NCBI GenBank assembly: GCA_031370785.1
Contig: JANMQY010000090.1
Span: forward strand, 8,915-72,914
Reading direction: 5' to 3'
Length of the DNA: 64,000 bases
Origin: Candidatus Eiseniibacteriota bacterium
GTDB taxonomy: Bacteria > Eisenbacteria > RBG-16-71-46
Position 1 is the stretch's first letter. Each line of letters starts with the position of its first letter. This document shows positions 8,564 to 17,830 of this stretch, piece after piece. The position numbers were made by a program, and so were the translations under genes. The notes beneath the pieces were generated by a model, which did not search any database, had not been told where the DNA came from, and saw nothing but the letters and a program-made list of their open reading frames with translations.

Positions 8564-10693
8564 GTGAAGCGCACGAAATCCCCTTCCTCCACGACCGCTC
8601 GCCGCGCGGCGCGGCCCGCTCGGACTGCTGCCGCCGAGCCGCAGGCCGGCTCGGCAATCGGCGCGGCCGGCGCGCTCGCGCTGATCCTGGGCGCGGCGTT
8701 CTGGCTGCACCGCCCGGCGCTTCGCGCGCCATTCTTTGCCGACGATTACCTGTTTCTGGACCAGGTGCGCGGTCGGAACCTGATCGCGGCCCTGCTCGCT
8801 CCCGATCCGATCGGCAACTTCATGCGCCCGGTCGGGCGCGCGTTCGATTTCTGGGTGCTGTCGCACATGGGCGGGGAGTCGCCTTTCGTATTCCACGTCG
8901 CGAACCTCGTGCTGTTCCTGGGCGCAGTCGCGCTGCTGTTCGTGATCGTGCGCCGGCTGGCCGGAGGTCGCGCCGCGGCGGTCGCTGCCGCATTCCTCGC
9001 CCTCAGTCACGCCGCCGATGTGCCGCTGCGCTGGGCCTCGGGCGCACAGGATCTGCTCGCGTTGTTCTTCGCGCTGGCTGCGATCGCACTCCATCAGCGC
9101 GGGCGGGGTGGATGGGCTGCGATCTGCTTTGCGCTGGGAATGCTCTCCAAGGAGACGATCGTCTTCACGCCGTTCATCGCGGTGCTGGTCGACAGCTCGG
9201 GCGGGTGGATCGCGAGCCGGCTGCGCCGCGCATGGCCGCTGTTTGTCGCGCTGATCGCCTGGCTCGCGCTCTGGCTGGCGACCGCGCAACTGAGGCCGGC
9301 CGCGGCGGGCGTCGTGCACCTGGATCTGGTCGGCGCACCGGCGGCGTTCGCGCATCTGGTTCAGACCGCGATTGGCCTCGAGTGGGCGAAGGGCACACCT
9401 TCGTCACACATGACCATGCCGCCCTGGGGACCGATCGTGCTCGCGTTCGCGGCGATCGCGCTGGCGTGGTCGGTATTCCGCGCCACTCGCGCACGCGGCG
9501 CCGCGCGCGATACCACCGATCGCCTCATGATCGCTCTGATCGGGCTCGCGTGGGCGGCGCTCGGCGCACTGCCGGTCGCCGCGGTGGCCTCGATCTGGAG
9601 CGCGTACTACTACCTGTTTGCGCTGTGCGGGGTCGCGCTCGTACTGGGCGCGGTCGTGGCGCGCTGGCCGCGCGCGCTCGCGCTGGCTCTGATCGGCGTG
9701 CTGGCGTGGAGTTCCGAGAGCGTCCGCCGTGCGCCCTCGTTTGCCACCGTGCCTGGCGTGTGGACGACCCGCTCGCACGTGAGCGTCGCTTATCTCGAGC
9801 GATCCGCCTCGCTGGTCAGCGGCTACCTCGCGCGATTGCGGGCGGCGCGTCCGACTTTGCCGCCGAACGCGACGCTGTTCTTCCGTGGCGTGCCGGCCTT
9901 CGCTGGGTGGCAGGCGGGGAACGGCGCGCTTCAGCGCTGGGCGTATCGCGACACCAGCGTGCGTTCGTATTACCTCGCCGAATTCACCGCCGACCGCGCC
10001 CGTCGCGGTCCGTTGTACTTCTTCTCCTCCGAAGGTGACTCGCTCACGGAGATCTGGAAGAAAATCTCGCCCTATCAGCAGATCGCATTCTCGATGACCG
10101 CCGAGGATCGCCCGCAGGCGGCACGCGATGCGATGCTGATCGCTCAGGAGCGCGGGGCGTTCGACAACGAGGCGGCCTACCTGTGGGCGTGGAACGAGTG
10201 GGCGCTCGGCCATCGCGACAGGGCGGCCGAGCTGCTGAGTGGGCTCGGCATGAAACCCGACGCCGAACCTTCGCCGCAGGCCGGACGCGCGCAACGCATG
10301 CTCGCGCTCTACAGCGACACCGTGACCGCTCTCGACATGCTGCGGCAGGCGAGATACCACCACACGCTCAATCCAGCGATTCACGCCCGGCTCGCGGACC
10401 TGCTTCTGGCGCGCAGGGGAACCGATGCCGAGGCATACATCGAGGCGTACGCGGCCCACGTCCTCGAGCCCGACAGTCCATCCGCGCTCCGGCGCTGGGC
10501 GGGCGTGCAGCTCCGTCTCAAGCGCTACCGCCAGGCGCTCGCAACGCTGGAGCGCTACTTTGCTTTCGCCGGCGCGAGCGCGAACGAGGACGAGGAGGCG
10601 AAGGCATGGAGGCAGGAGCTGACTCGTCTGCTGCGAACGGATGTGGGGGTGATTCCGCAGAAAGCTGCCGGCGCGGGCCCGAATCGGCGGTGA
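8564..10693 (+). CDS. Membrane glycosyltransferase (PMT/ArnT-like, GT39/GT83 fold) with C-terminal TPR repeats
   Basis: 709 aa. The N-terminal roughly 380 aa are polytopic membrane with a DxY-like loop (FFADDYLFLD), as in dolichyl/undecaprenyl-phosphate sugar transferases. The C-terminal roughly 250 aa are TPR-like helical repeats. GTG start has GGAG 9 nt upstream. Confidence 0.7.
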   Translation: MKRTKSPSSTTARRAARPARTAAAEPQAGSAIGAAGALALILGAAFWLHRPALRAPFFADDYLFLDQVRGRNLIAALLAPDPIGNFMRPVGRAFDFWVLSHMGGESPFVFHVANLVLFLGAVALLFVIVRRLAGGRAAAVAAAFLALSHAADVPLRWASGAQDLLALFFALAAIALHQRGRGGWAAICFALGMLSKETIVFTPFIAVLVDSSGGWIASRLRRAWPLFVALIAWLALWLATAQLRPAAAGVVHLDLVGAPAAFAHLVQTAIGLEWAKGTPSSHMTMPPWGPIVLAFAAIALAWSVFRATRARGAARDTTDRLMIALIGLAWAALGALPVAAVASIWSAYYYLFALCGVALVLGAVVARWPRALALALIGVLAWSSESVRRAPSFATVPGVWTTRSHVSVAYLERSASLVSGYLARLRAARPTLPPNATLFFRGVPAFAGWQAGNGALQRWAYRDTSVRSYYLAEFTADRARRGPLYFFSSEGDSLTEIWKKISPYQQIAFSMTAEDRPQAARDAMLIAQERGAFDNEAAYLWAWNEWALGHRDRAAELLSGLGMKPDAEPSPQAGRAQRMLALYSDTVTALDMLRQARYHHTLNPAIHARLADLLLARRGTDAEAYIEAYAAHVLEPDSPSALRRWAGVQLRLKRYRQALATLERYFAFAGASANEDEEAKAWRQELTRLLRTDVGVIPQKAAGAGPNRR

Positions 10694-10842
10694 AACGGGG
10701 GGGTGCGCCGCTCGTCGCCCGCGAGAATTCGAACTCCTGTCCCGTCCTCTCGGGCACTACAATCGCGACGGCGCCATCGTAGACGTCATCTCGCGGTTCA
10801 GCCTCGCGCGCAGAAGTCCACACCTCAGCCATCGGAGGTTCC

Positions 10843-11406
10843 GTGCGCCCTCAACCCGCAGGTGCTGTTGCATTCGTCACGCTGTTTTCCGCGCTGTGGT
10901 TCTCGGTGCGGGCGGAAGCAATTCCGTATCGCTGGCCGGTGAAGACCGGCACCGATGCGGGCGCAAAGCTCGCACATCCGAAGAAGACGCCCTCGATCGC
11001 TCAACTCGCCAGGGTCAAGCGCCCGGCGGGAATCAAGACCACGACCCTGCGCCTGGCGCCGGTCGAACAGACGATCTACACCGTCAAGGCGAAGCTGCTG
11101 CTGTGTCGCCGCGAAGCGGACGGCGACTACCATCTGGTGCTGCAGGATCTCGCGACCGACTCCACGATCGTCGCCGAGATCCCGGATCCGACCAGGGTCA
11201 GCACCGCGAGCCCGTGGAAGAGCCTGATCAGGAAGGCTCGCACGTCATTCGCCGCCCAGTTTCATCCGACCAGCGCGAGAAAGGATGAAGGGCTCATGCT
11301 GATCACGGTGCGGGGCGTGGGCTTCTTCGACAAGAGACACGACTCGGAGGGCGCGGCGCTAAACGGGCTCGAGCTGCATCCGATCCTGAGCTACTCGACG
11401 CCTTAG
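10843..11406 (+). CDS. Hypothetical secreted protein
   Basis: 187 aa with an N-terminal signal peptide (AVAFVTLFSALWFSVRAEA). GGAGG RBS sits 4 nt before GTG. No family recognised. Confidence 0.5.
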   Translation: MRPQPAGAVAFVTLFSALWFSVRAEAIPYRWPVKTGTDAGAKLAHPKKTPSIAQLARVKRPAGIKTTTLRLAPVEQTIYTVKAKLLLCRREADGDYHLVLQDLATDSTIVAEIPDPTRVSTASPWKSLIRKARTSFAAQFHPTSARKDEGLMLITVRGVGFFDKRHDSEGAALNGLELHPILSYSTP

Positions 11407-11427
11407 GACGGACCGGCACCGCACTTG

Positions 11428-11925
11428 ATGCCCGAATCTCTGCGCACTCGCGTTGCTCGATGGTCGTTCAACTGGTTTCCCGCCTACCGCGGCACCGGCG
11501 GCGAGATCACCCACATCGCGGCGGACTGGAGCGAGGTGCGACTGCGGCTGCCGCTCAATCGGCGTACACGGAACTACGTCGGCACGATCTTCGGCGGCAG
11601 TATGTACGGCGCGGTGGATCCCATCTATATGGTGATGCTGATCCAGCTGCTGGGCCCGACCTACGTGGTCTGGGACAAATCAGCCACCATCCGCTTCTGG
11701 CGCCCCGGTCGTGAAACCCTGTACGCCACGTTCCGGATTCCGCCGGAAGAACTGGCCGCGCTGCGCGCAGAAGTGGACCGGACCGGCAAGCTCGAGAGGG
11801 AATTCGCCGTCGATCTGGTGAGCGCCTCGGGCGAAGTGCACGCGAGCTGCCAGAAGCTGCTGAGCGTCCGGCGGCGCGAGGGAGAAGGCGCTGCGAGGGA
11901 AGCCTCTGCGCCGCGCAGCGCCTGA
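11428..11925 (+). CDS. Hotdog-fold thioesterase-like protein (DUF4442-like)
   Basis: NWFPAYRGTGGEITHIAADWSEVRLRLPL...TIFGGSMYGAVDPIY matches the DUF4442/PaaI-like hotdog pattern. I take ATG 11428; TTG 11425 is an alternative. Confidence 0.6.
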   Translation: MPESLRTRVARWSFNWFPAYRGTGGEITHIAADWSEVRLRLPLNRRTRNYVGTIFGGSMYGAVDPIYMVMLIQLLGPTYVVWDKSATIRFWRPGRETLYATFRIPPEELAALRAEVDRTGKLEREFAVDLVSASGEVHASCQKLLSVRRREGEGAAREASAPRSA

Positions 11926-12012
11926 GCGCACGCGGGGCTGCTCGCCTTGACCGACAGGGCGCGGGTCGGATATAAACGTTGCCGCGCAAACTCAGTGCGA
12001 AACTGCTTGCGT

Positions 12013-12088
<76 letters not shown>

Positions 12089-12117
12089 TTCCTGGTCGCA
12101 ATCCGCTAGCTTCGACT

Positions 12118-12144
12118 CGCCCGTTCCGGTTGCCGGAGCGGGCG
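12118..12144. terminator. GC-rich hairpin between tRNA-Ala and the 3' end of the minus-strand redoxin gene
   Basis: cgcccgttccgg-ttg-ccggagcgggcg forms an 11-12 bp stem with one G-U pair. There is no clear U-tract on either strand, so function is uncertain; it may be a bidirectional terminator or tRNA processing signal. Confidence 0.3.
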
Positions 12145-12159
12145 ATCTCTTACAGGCGC

Positions 12160-12741
12160 TCAGCTCGGCGGTAATCGGGGCGGCTCGGCGACCGGCTCGC
12201 TCATGAGCCGCGCGAGCAGCTCCTGCGTGGCGGGAGCGAACCAGTCCACCTCGCCGGCCTGCGCGACGGCGATCCGGCCGCGCCGGTCGAGCACGTAGGT
12301 GTAAGGCAGGCTCGGGCAGGGGAGAGCCGCAGCCAGACGCCGGTCGCGGTCGAGCACGACATCGAGACGAAACCGCTGGCGTGCGACGTAGCGCGCGACC
12401 GACGGGAAGGGATCGAAGCACACCACCTCGACTCGCAGGGGCGCAAAGGCCTCGAGTCGGCGCAGCGAGTCGAGCGCGGTCGCCTGGGCGAGCGCGCGTC
12501 GCTCCCACGGCGCCCAGAAGTGCACGATCATCACGCCTTCGCCGGCGCGCAGGCGCGTCGATCCGATCGGCACCGCGGGAAGCGTGACGTCGAGCGCAAC
12601 CGCGCGGCGCGACTCGGCCGGGATCGCATCCAGCGGGCGTGGCGATGCGCCCGGGCGACTCACCACAAAGAGCTGCGTGCGCCACCCCAGCAGTGCGATG
12701 ACCACGACCAGCACCGCGGCGAGCCGCACGCGCAGGGTCAC
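12160..12741 (-). CDS. TlpA/redoxin-like thioredoxin-fold protein lacking the CxxC active site
   Basis: About 193 aa. It has a TM/signal region (LAAVLVVVIALLGW), then VMIVHFWAPWERRALAQ where TlpA has FWASWCxPC. GTG start overlaps the cstA stop (GTGA). Confidence 0.6.
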   Translation of the reverse strand: MTLRVRLAAVLVVVIALLGWRTQLFVVSRPGASPRPLDAIPAESRRAVALDVTLPAVPIGSTRLRAGEGVMIVHFWAPWERRALAQATALDSLRRLEAFAPLRVEVVCFDPFPSVARYVARQRFRLDVVLDRDRRLAAALPCPSLPYTYVLDRRGRIAVAQAGEVDWFAPATQELLARLMSEPVAEPPRLPPS

Positions 12742-14606
12742 GATCCGGGCGCACCTTCCAACGCCGGGCCGCCGGGGCGAACCTCGGCCACCACGCGCGG
12801 GCGACCGAGCACGCCGGTCCAGCGCAGAATGCTGTCGATCATCACCACGACCAGCAGCGCCATGAGCGCGAGCGTGACCACGCACTGGATCTGCGCGGCG
12901 GGCGGCGCGAGCTGGAACGCGCGCCACAGGGTCGGCGCGCCGGCCTTGATCTGCGGGCGAAGGTAGTTGACGGCAAGGTTCATCCACCCGGCGGTGAGCG
13001 TGTTCACGCACATGAAGCCGAGCGGGACCAGCGTGCACGCGATGTAGCGCGCCTTGCCCATGTTGATGAGCACCGAAGTTCCGATCGCGAGCGCAAAGGC
13101 GGCGAGCAGCTGATTGCTCACGCCGAGCATGGGCCAGATGTTGCTGACCGTGCCGGTCCAGACGAAGTAGCCCCAGCCCGCGACCGCGAGCGCGCTGAAC
13201 AGGACGGCAGGGGCGAGCCCGCTCCAGGTGCGCAGCGCGGGCACGGCCATGCCGCCGACCTCCTGCAGCATGTAGCGGGTGACGCGCGTGCCGGTATCGA
13301 TCAGGGTGAGCACGAACATCGCTTCGAACATGATCGCGAAGTGGTACCAGAACGCCATCAGCCCGCGCAGCCACGGCAGGCTGCTGAAGATCTGCGCCAT
13401 GCCGACCGCCAGCGACACCGCGCCGCCCGGCCGGCCGGTCAGGTGCTCGCCGACCTGCGCCTCGAGCGCGGGCAGGTGACGCACCGCCATGCCGAGCCCC
13501 GCGAACACTTCGGGCCTGGTGTTGATCGCGAAGTAGTCGCCGGGTTCGAGCGCGCAGGCCGCGATCAGCGCGATCACGCCGACGAAGCCCTCGAGAACCA
13601 TCGCGCCATAGGAGATGGGGAGGATGTGGCGCTCGCGATCGATCATCTTGGGCGTGGTGCCGGAGGCGATCAGCGAGTGGAACCCCGAGATCGCGCCGCA
13701 CGCGATGGTGATGAACACGAACGGAAACACCGGCCCGGGAATGATCGGGCCGCCGCCATGGATGAACGGGGTCAGCGCCGGCATGTGCAGGCGCGGATTC
13801 ACCACGATCACGCCGACCGCGAGCAACAGGACCGCACCGATCTTCATGAATGAGGAGAGATAGTCGCGCGGACAGAGCAGAAGCCATACCGGAAGCACCG
13901 AGGCGATGAAGCCGTAGGCCATCAGCGCCATCGAGATGTTCTGCTCCGGATGCACGAACAACGGCTGGAAGCGGGAATGCTGCACCCACGCTCCCGCGCC
14001 GACCGCGATCAACAACAGGATCACGCCCGCGATGGTCACGGTCCTGATCGCTCCCGGGCGGATGTAGCGCGTCCATAGGCCCATGCCAAGCGCGATCGGG
14101 ATCGTGCAGCCGATGCTGAACACCCCCCACGCGCTCTCCTTGAGCGAGTTGACGACCACCAGCGCCATCGCCGCCAGCGCAACGGTCATTACGAACACGA
14201 TCGCGATCGCGGTCGCCACGCCGGTCACGGGGCTCACCTGCTCGCGCGCGATGTTGGCGAGCGAGCGCCCGCCGCTGCGCACCGAGGCGGTGAGGATCAC
14301 GAAGTCGTGGACGCCGCCTGCCAGCACCGAGCCGACCAGCAGCCACAGGAACCCGGGCAGATACCCGAACTGCGCGGCCAGCACCGGGCCGATCAGCGGG
14401 CCGGCGCCTGCGATCGCAGCGAAGTGGTGGCCGAACAGCACCAGCGGATGGGTCGGGACGTAATCGCGGCCGTCGGTCCGGGTGTGTGCAGGTGTGAGGC
14501 GCAGGTCATCGAGGGTCGCAACCCTGGCCGCGAGGAACGCGCCATAGGTGCGATACGCGATCAACGCGGCCAGCGCCGAAATGATGACGAGATAGAGTGC
14601 GGGCAC
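12738..14606 (-). CDS. cstA: Carbon starvation protein A (peptide/pyruvate transporter family)
   Basis: 622 aa, collinear with E. coli CstA (LIAYRTYGAFLA...DYVPTHPLVLFGHHFAAIAGAGPLIGP...). GTG start. The overlapping ORF 12160..14346 is an alternate-frame artefact except for its 3' part, which is the redoxin gene. Confidence 0.9.
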   Translation of the reverse strand: MPALYLVIISALAALIAYRTYGAFLAARVATLDDLRLTPAHTRTDGRDYVPTHPLVLFGHHFAAIAGAGPLIGPVLAAQFGYLPGFLWLLVGSVLAGGVHDFVILTASVRSGGRSLANIAREQVSPVTGVATAIAIVFVMTVALAAMALVVVNSLKESAWGVFSIGCTIPIALGMGLWTRYIRPGAIRTVTIAGVILLLIAVGAGAWVQHSRFQPLFVHPEQNISMALMAYGFIASVLPVWLLLCPRDYLSSFMKIGAVLLLAVGVIVVNPRLHMPALTPFIHGGGPIIPGPVFPFVFITIACGAISGFHSLIASGTTPKMIDRERHILPISYGAMVLEGFVGVIALIAACALEPGDYFAINTRPEVFAGLGMAVRHLPALEAQVGEHLTGRPGGAVSLAVGMAQIFSSLPWLRGLMAFWYHFAIMFEAMFVLTLIDTGTRVTRYMLQEVGGMAVPALRTWSGLAPAVLFSALAVAGWGYFVWTGTVSNIWPMLGVSNQLLAAFALAIGTSVLINMGKARYIACTLVPLGFMCVNTLTAGWMNLAVNYLRPQIKAGAPTLWRAFQLAPPAAQIQCVVTLALMALLVVVMIDSILRWTGVLGRPRVVAEVRPGGPALEGAPGS

Positions 14607-14712
14607 GGGGAGATCTCCGAAGGCCTGGACGCGGACGGGACCGCGCGGAGTCTAGCGGGAGGCGCGCCCGGGAAACAAGACTTCGAAGTCGACAGGCTTT
14701 GGCCCCTACCGA

Positions 14713-15681
14713 TCAGGCGGCCCGGGTCGCCTCGTCGGTTGCGCTCTCGAGCGTCTCGCCGCCGTAGAGCCCGACGAACACGTCGACCACCGCGGGATCG
14801 AACTGCGAGCCAGCCTCGTCGCGGATGATCTTGACCGCCTCCGCGTGGGTGCGGCCTTTGCGATACGCGCGGTCGATCACGATCGCATCGTAGGTGTCGG
14901 CCACCGCGATGATGCGCGCGCCCATCGGAATCGCGGCGCCTTTGAGCCCCTTGTAGCCGGTGCCGTCCCAGCGCTCGTGATGGTAGGCCACCATCGGGAT
15001 TACGTGCTTCAGGATGCCGCCCATCGAGCGCACCATGCTCTCGCCCTTGTCGACGTGGCCCTTCATCTCGTCCATCTCGGACTGGGTCAGCCCGGCCGCC
15101 TTGCGCAGCACATCGGTGCTGATGTCCACCTTGCCGATATCGTGTAGGTAGGCGCCGATCCGGATGTCTTCGATGTCGCTCTCGGCGAGATTCATGGTGC
15201 GCGCGATCTCGACCGAATAGTCGCCGACCCTGCGCGAGTGGTTCTCGGTGTAGCGATCGACCGAATCGATGAACTTGGACATGATCTGGATGATGCCCTG
15301 GTAGGCATCGCGAATCTCGCGCAGCTGCGATTCCTTCTGCTCGTAGAGCGAGCCGACCACGTAGGAGGTCAGCACCAGGAAACAGGCCCAGGTGCCGAGG
15401 TCGAGCCAGCGCATCCATTGCTCGGGGTCGTTGGCCACGAACTGGTGCGGGCTGACGAGTGCGATCCCGAAGACGATGGCGCACGAGAGCAGCGCCGAGT
15501 AGACGCCCTTGCGCAGCCCCATCGTGTAGGCGCCGAAGACGACCGGCAGGTAGTAGAAGTTCAGGAAGGCGCGCTGGTTGATCACGAAGAAATTGATGGT
15601 GCCGGTCACGAGCACGATGCTGAGCAGCACCAGCAGCCCACGGTTGACCCGCCACATATTGCGGAGGCGATGCGGCTTCAC
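14713..15681 (-). CDS. HD-GYP domain c-di-GMP phosphodiesterase with N-terminal 4-TM region (GYK variant)
   Basis: HD motif (AYLHDIGK) and HHERWDGTGYKG, which is HD-GYP with P changed to K. The N-terminal roughly 120 aa are membrane helices. GTG start overlaps the stop of the upstream ATPase (GTGA). Confidence 0.85.
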   Translation of the reverse strand: MKPHRLRNMWRVNRGLLVLLSIVLVTGTINFFVINQRAFLNFYYLPVVFGAYTMGLRKGVYSALLSCAIVFGIALVSPHQFVANDPEQWMRWLDLGTWACFLVLTSYVVGSLYEQKESQLREIRDAYQGIIQIMSKFIDSVDRYTENHSRRVGDYSVEIARTMNLAESDIEDIRIGAYLHDIGKVDISTDVLRKAAGLTQSEMDEMKGHVDKGESMVRSMGGILKHVIPMVAYHHERWDGTGYKGLKGAAIPMGARIIAVADTYDAIVIDRAYRKGRTHAEAVKIIRDEAGSQFDPAVVDVFVGLYGGETLESATDEATRAA

Positions 15682-17666
15682 GACGCTTTCCTCTGCGGCG
15701 CGACGCTCACCCGCCTGGAACGCGGGCGCACAACCGTGACCGGCTCGGGCTTGGTGTGGCCGTTCACCGGTGTCGCTTCATCTGATCCCGCGGCGTCCTC
15801 GCCGCAGTGTGGGCAGAACGTCCATGACGGCTCCAGCCGGCGCTTGCAGCTCTCGCAGTGCTCGCCCACGAACTCGCCGCAGAGCGGGCAGTACTCGAAC
15901 TCCTTGTTCACCACGTTCCGGCAGCCGGTGCACACCTTCATCGGTTGCTCCGCGAGGTATACGACGCGCGTGATCTCCTCGAGCGTGGTGAGCCCGTTCA
16001 TCACCTTGCGCAGTCCATCCTCGCCGATCGAACGCATTCCACCCTCGACCGCGGCCTGACGGATGGCGGAGTCGGGGGAGTTGGCGACGATCAGGCCACG
16101 GATGTTCTCGTTTACTTCCAGGGTCTCGAAGATTCCTGTTCGGCCGAGATAGCCGGTCTCGTGACAGTGCGCACATCCGCGACCGCGGTGCAGCGTGACC
16201 GAGCCACCCTCGGGCAGGGTCGCGCCCAGTCGGTTGAGGTTCGAGGCCGGCGCTTCGTACGGCTCGGTGCAGCGCGGGCACAGCGTGCGCACCAGCCGCA
16301 TGCTCACCACTCCGAGCAGGGAGGAGGCAACCATGAACGGTTCGAGCCCGAGGTCGATCAGCCGGGTCACCGCGCTCGCGGCGTCGTTGGTGTGCACGGT
16401 GGTCAGTACCAGGTGGCCGGTGACCGAGGCACGGAATGCGATCTGCGCGGTCTCCTTGTCGCGGATCTCTCCGATCATGATCACGTCCGGATCCTGACGG
16501 AGGATGGCGCGCAGCGCGCTCGGGAAGGTCTTCTTCGCCTTCTCGTCGACCTGCACCTGATTGATGCCCGCCATCTGATACTCGACCGGATCCTCGACGG
16601 TGACGATGTTCTTGGTCTCGTGCTGGATGTAGCGCAACGCGGAGTACAGGAGCGTCGACTTGCCCGAGCCGGTGGGCCCGGTCACGAGCAGGATGCCCTG
16701 CGGCCGTTCCAGGTAGCGCTTGAGGCGCGAGAGATCGTCCTCGTGGAAGCCGATCTCGGTCAACCCGATCGCATTGCGCTTCTGATCGACGATACGGATC
16801 ACGACCTTCTCGCCGTTGGTGATCGGCAGGGTCGAGACGCGCATGTCGACGCGCTGCCCGCGGATCTCGACCATGAGGCGCCCGTCCTGAGGCTGGCGCT
16901 TTTCTGCGATGTCGAGATTCGAAAGCACCTTGATGCGCGAGACGATCGCGCCCTGCGTCCACTTGGGCAGGCGCTGGACCTCCTGCAGCAGGCCGTCGAT
17001 CCGGAAGCGCACCACCAGATCCTTGTCCTGGGGTTCGATGTGCACGTCGCTTGCGCGCTCCTCGAGCGCTCGATGGAGCAGCCAGTTGGTCAGGCGCACG
17101 ATCGGGCGGCCCTCGGCCTCCTTGATGAGGTCGTCGATGGCCGCAACCTGCTCCTCGTCGTCGATGGTCGCGACCACCAGCTCATCCTCGGAGTGAATGA
17201 TGTTCTGGATGACCTCGTTCATCGAGTTGTCGATGTGGTAGTAGCGCTCGATCGACTCGTGGATCTGCAGGGTCCGGGCCAGCACCGGCTTGATGAACAT
17301 GCCGGCGTGGAAGCGCAGGTCCTCGAGCGCGGCGACGTTGAGCGGATCGGCCATGGCCACGACCAGCGTCGAGCGGCTCTCGACCTCGACCGGCATGGCG
17401 ACGTACTTCTTCGCCACGTCCTCCTTGACCAGCGCCAGAACCGCCTCGTCGATCACCACGTCGTTCAGGTCCACCAGAGGGAGCCCAAGCTGCTGCTGGA
17501 GGTGCTTGAGCATGATCTCCTCTGTGATGGCGCCGAGCCGGATGAGCGTCGCCCCGAGAAGCTGCCCGGTGCGACGCTGTTCGGCGACCGCGTCGGAGAG
17601 CTGCTGAGGCGTGATCAACTTCTCGTCGAGCAGAACGTCGCCCAGACGCTTGTGTTCCTTCGCCAT
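15678..17666 (-). CDS. GspE/PilB/MshE-family secretion ATPase with MshEN-like N-domain and extra C-terminal zinc ribbons
   Basis: Walker A GPTGSGKST, Asp box, Walker B and His box are present, as is the tetracysteine CPRC...CAHC. N-terminus RLGDVLLDEKLITPQQLSDAVAEQ...LGATLIRLGAITEEIMLKHLQQQ matches the tandem MshEN c-di-GMP-binding motif. The C-terminal CTGC...CPLC...CESC...CPHC forms additional zinc ribbons. I prefer the start at 17666 (GGAG RBS); the ORF track starts at 17714. Confidence 0.9.
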   Translation of the reverse strand: MAKEHKRLGDVLLDEKLITPQQLSDAVAEQRRTGQLLGATLIRLGAITEEIMLKHLQQQLGLPLVDLNDVVIDEAVLALVKEDVAKKYVAMPVEVESRSTLVVAMADPLNVAALEDLRFHAGMFIKPVLARTLQIHESIERYYHIDNSMNEVIQNIIHSEDELVVATIDDEEQVAAIDDLIKEAEGRPIVRLTNWLLHRALEERASDVHIEPQDKDLVVRFRIDGLLQEVQRLPKWTQGAIVSRIKVLSNLDIAEKRQPQDGRLMVEIRGQRVDMRVSTLPITNGEKVVIRIVDQKRNAIGLTEIGFHEDDLSRLKRYLERPQGILLVTGPTGSGKSTLLYSALRYIQHETKNIVTVEDPVEYQMAGINQVQVDEKAKKTFPSALRAILRQDPDVIMIGEIRDKETAQIAFRASVTGHLVLTTVHTNDAASAVTRLIDLGLEPFMVASSLLGVVSMRLVRTLCPRCTEPYEAPASNLNRLGATLPEGGSVTLHRGRGCAHCHETGYLGRTGIFETLEVNENIRGLIVANSPDSAIRQAAVEGGMRSIGEDGLRKVMNGLTTLEEITRVVYLAEQPMKVCTGCRNVVNKEFEYCPLCGEFVGEHCESCKRRLEPSWTFCPHCGEDAAGSDEATPVNGHTKPEPVTVVRPRSRRVSVAPQRKAS

Positions 17667-17830
17667 CCGTCGCTCCGTGGTGCGGGGGAAATCGGTGGGA
17701 TCGGCCCGCACCATTTATCGGCAGCATCGACCCCGGAATTGACCGCGATTTGAGCGGGCAGAACCGCATGCGACAGCGGTTCCGCGCCCTCTTGGTTCCT
17801 CGCTCGCGGGCATGTTAGGTTGCCTCGGCC

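Noticed and set aside
7844-9355. 503-aa minus-strand ORF spanning tRNA-Leu and the 5' half of the glycosyltransferase gene
   Set aside because: It reads straight through a tRNA gene and antisense to a well-supported membrane-protein gene. It is typical stop-codon-poor antisense frame in approximately 70% GC DNA. Only its last roughly 108 codons (the YceI-like fragment) carry any protein-like signal.
12160-14346. 728-aa minus-strand ORF overlapping cstA in another frame
   Set aside because: The cstA frame gives an end-to-end match to CstA. The alternate frame is low-complexity Arg/Gly/Asp-rich. Only its 3' roughly 190 codons are real (the redoxin-like gene, annotated separately).
15778-17753. 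Pair of long ORFs (394 aa minus, 631 aa plus) overlapping the secretion ATPase gene
   Set aside because: Alternate or antisense frames of the ATPase gene. They have no motifs and GC-driven openness.
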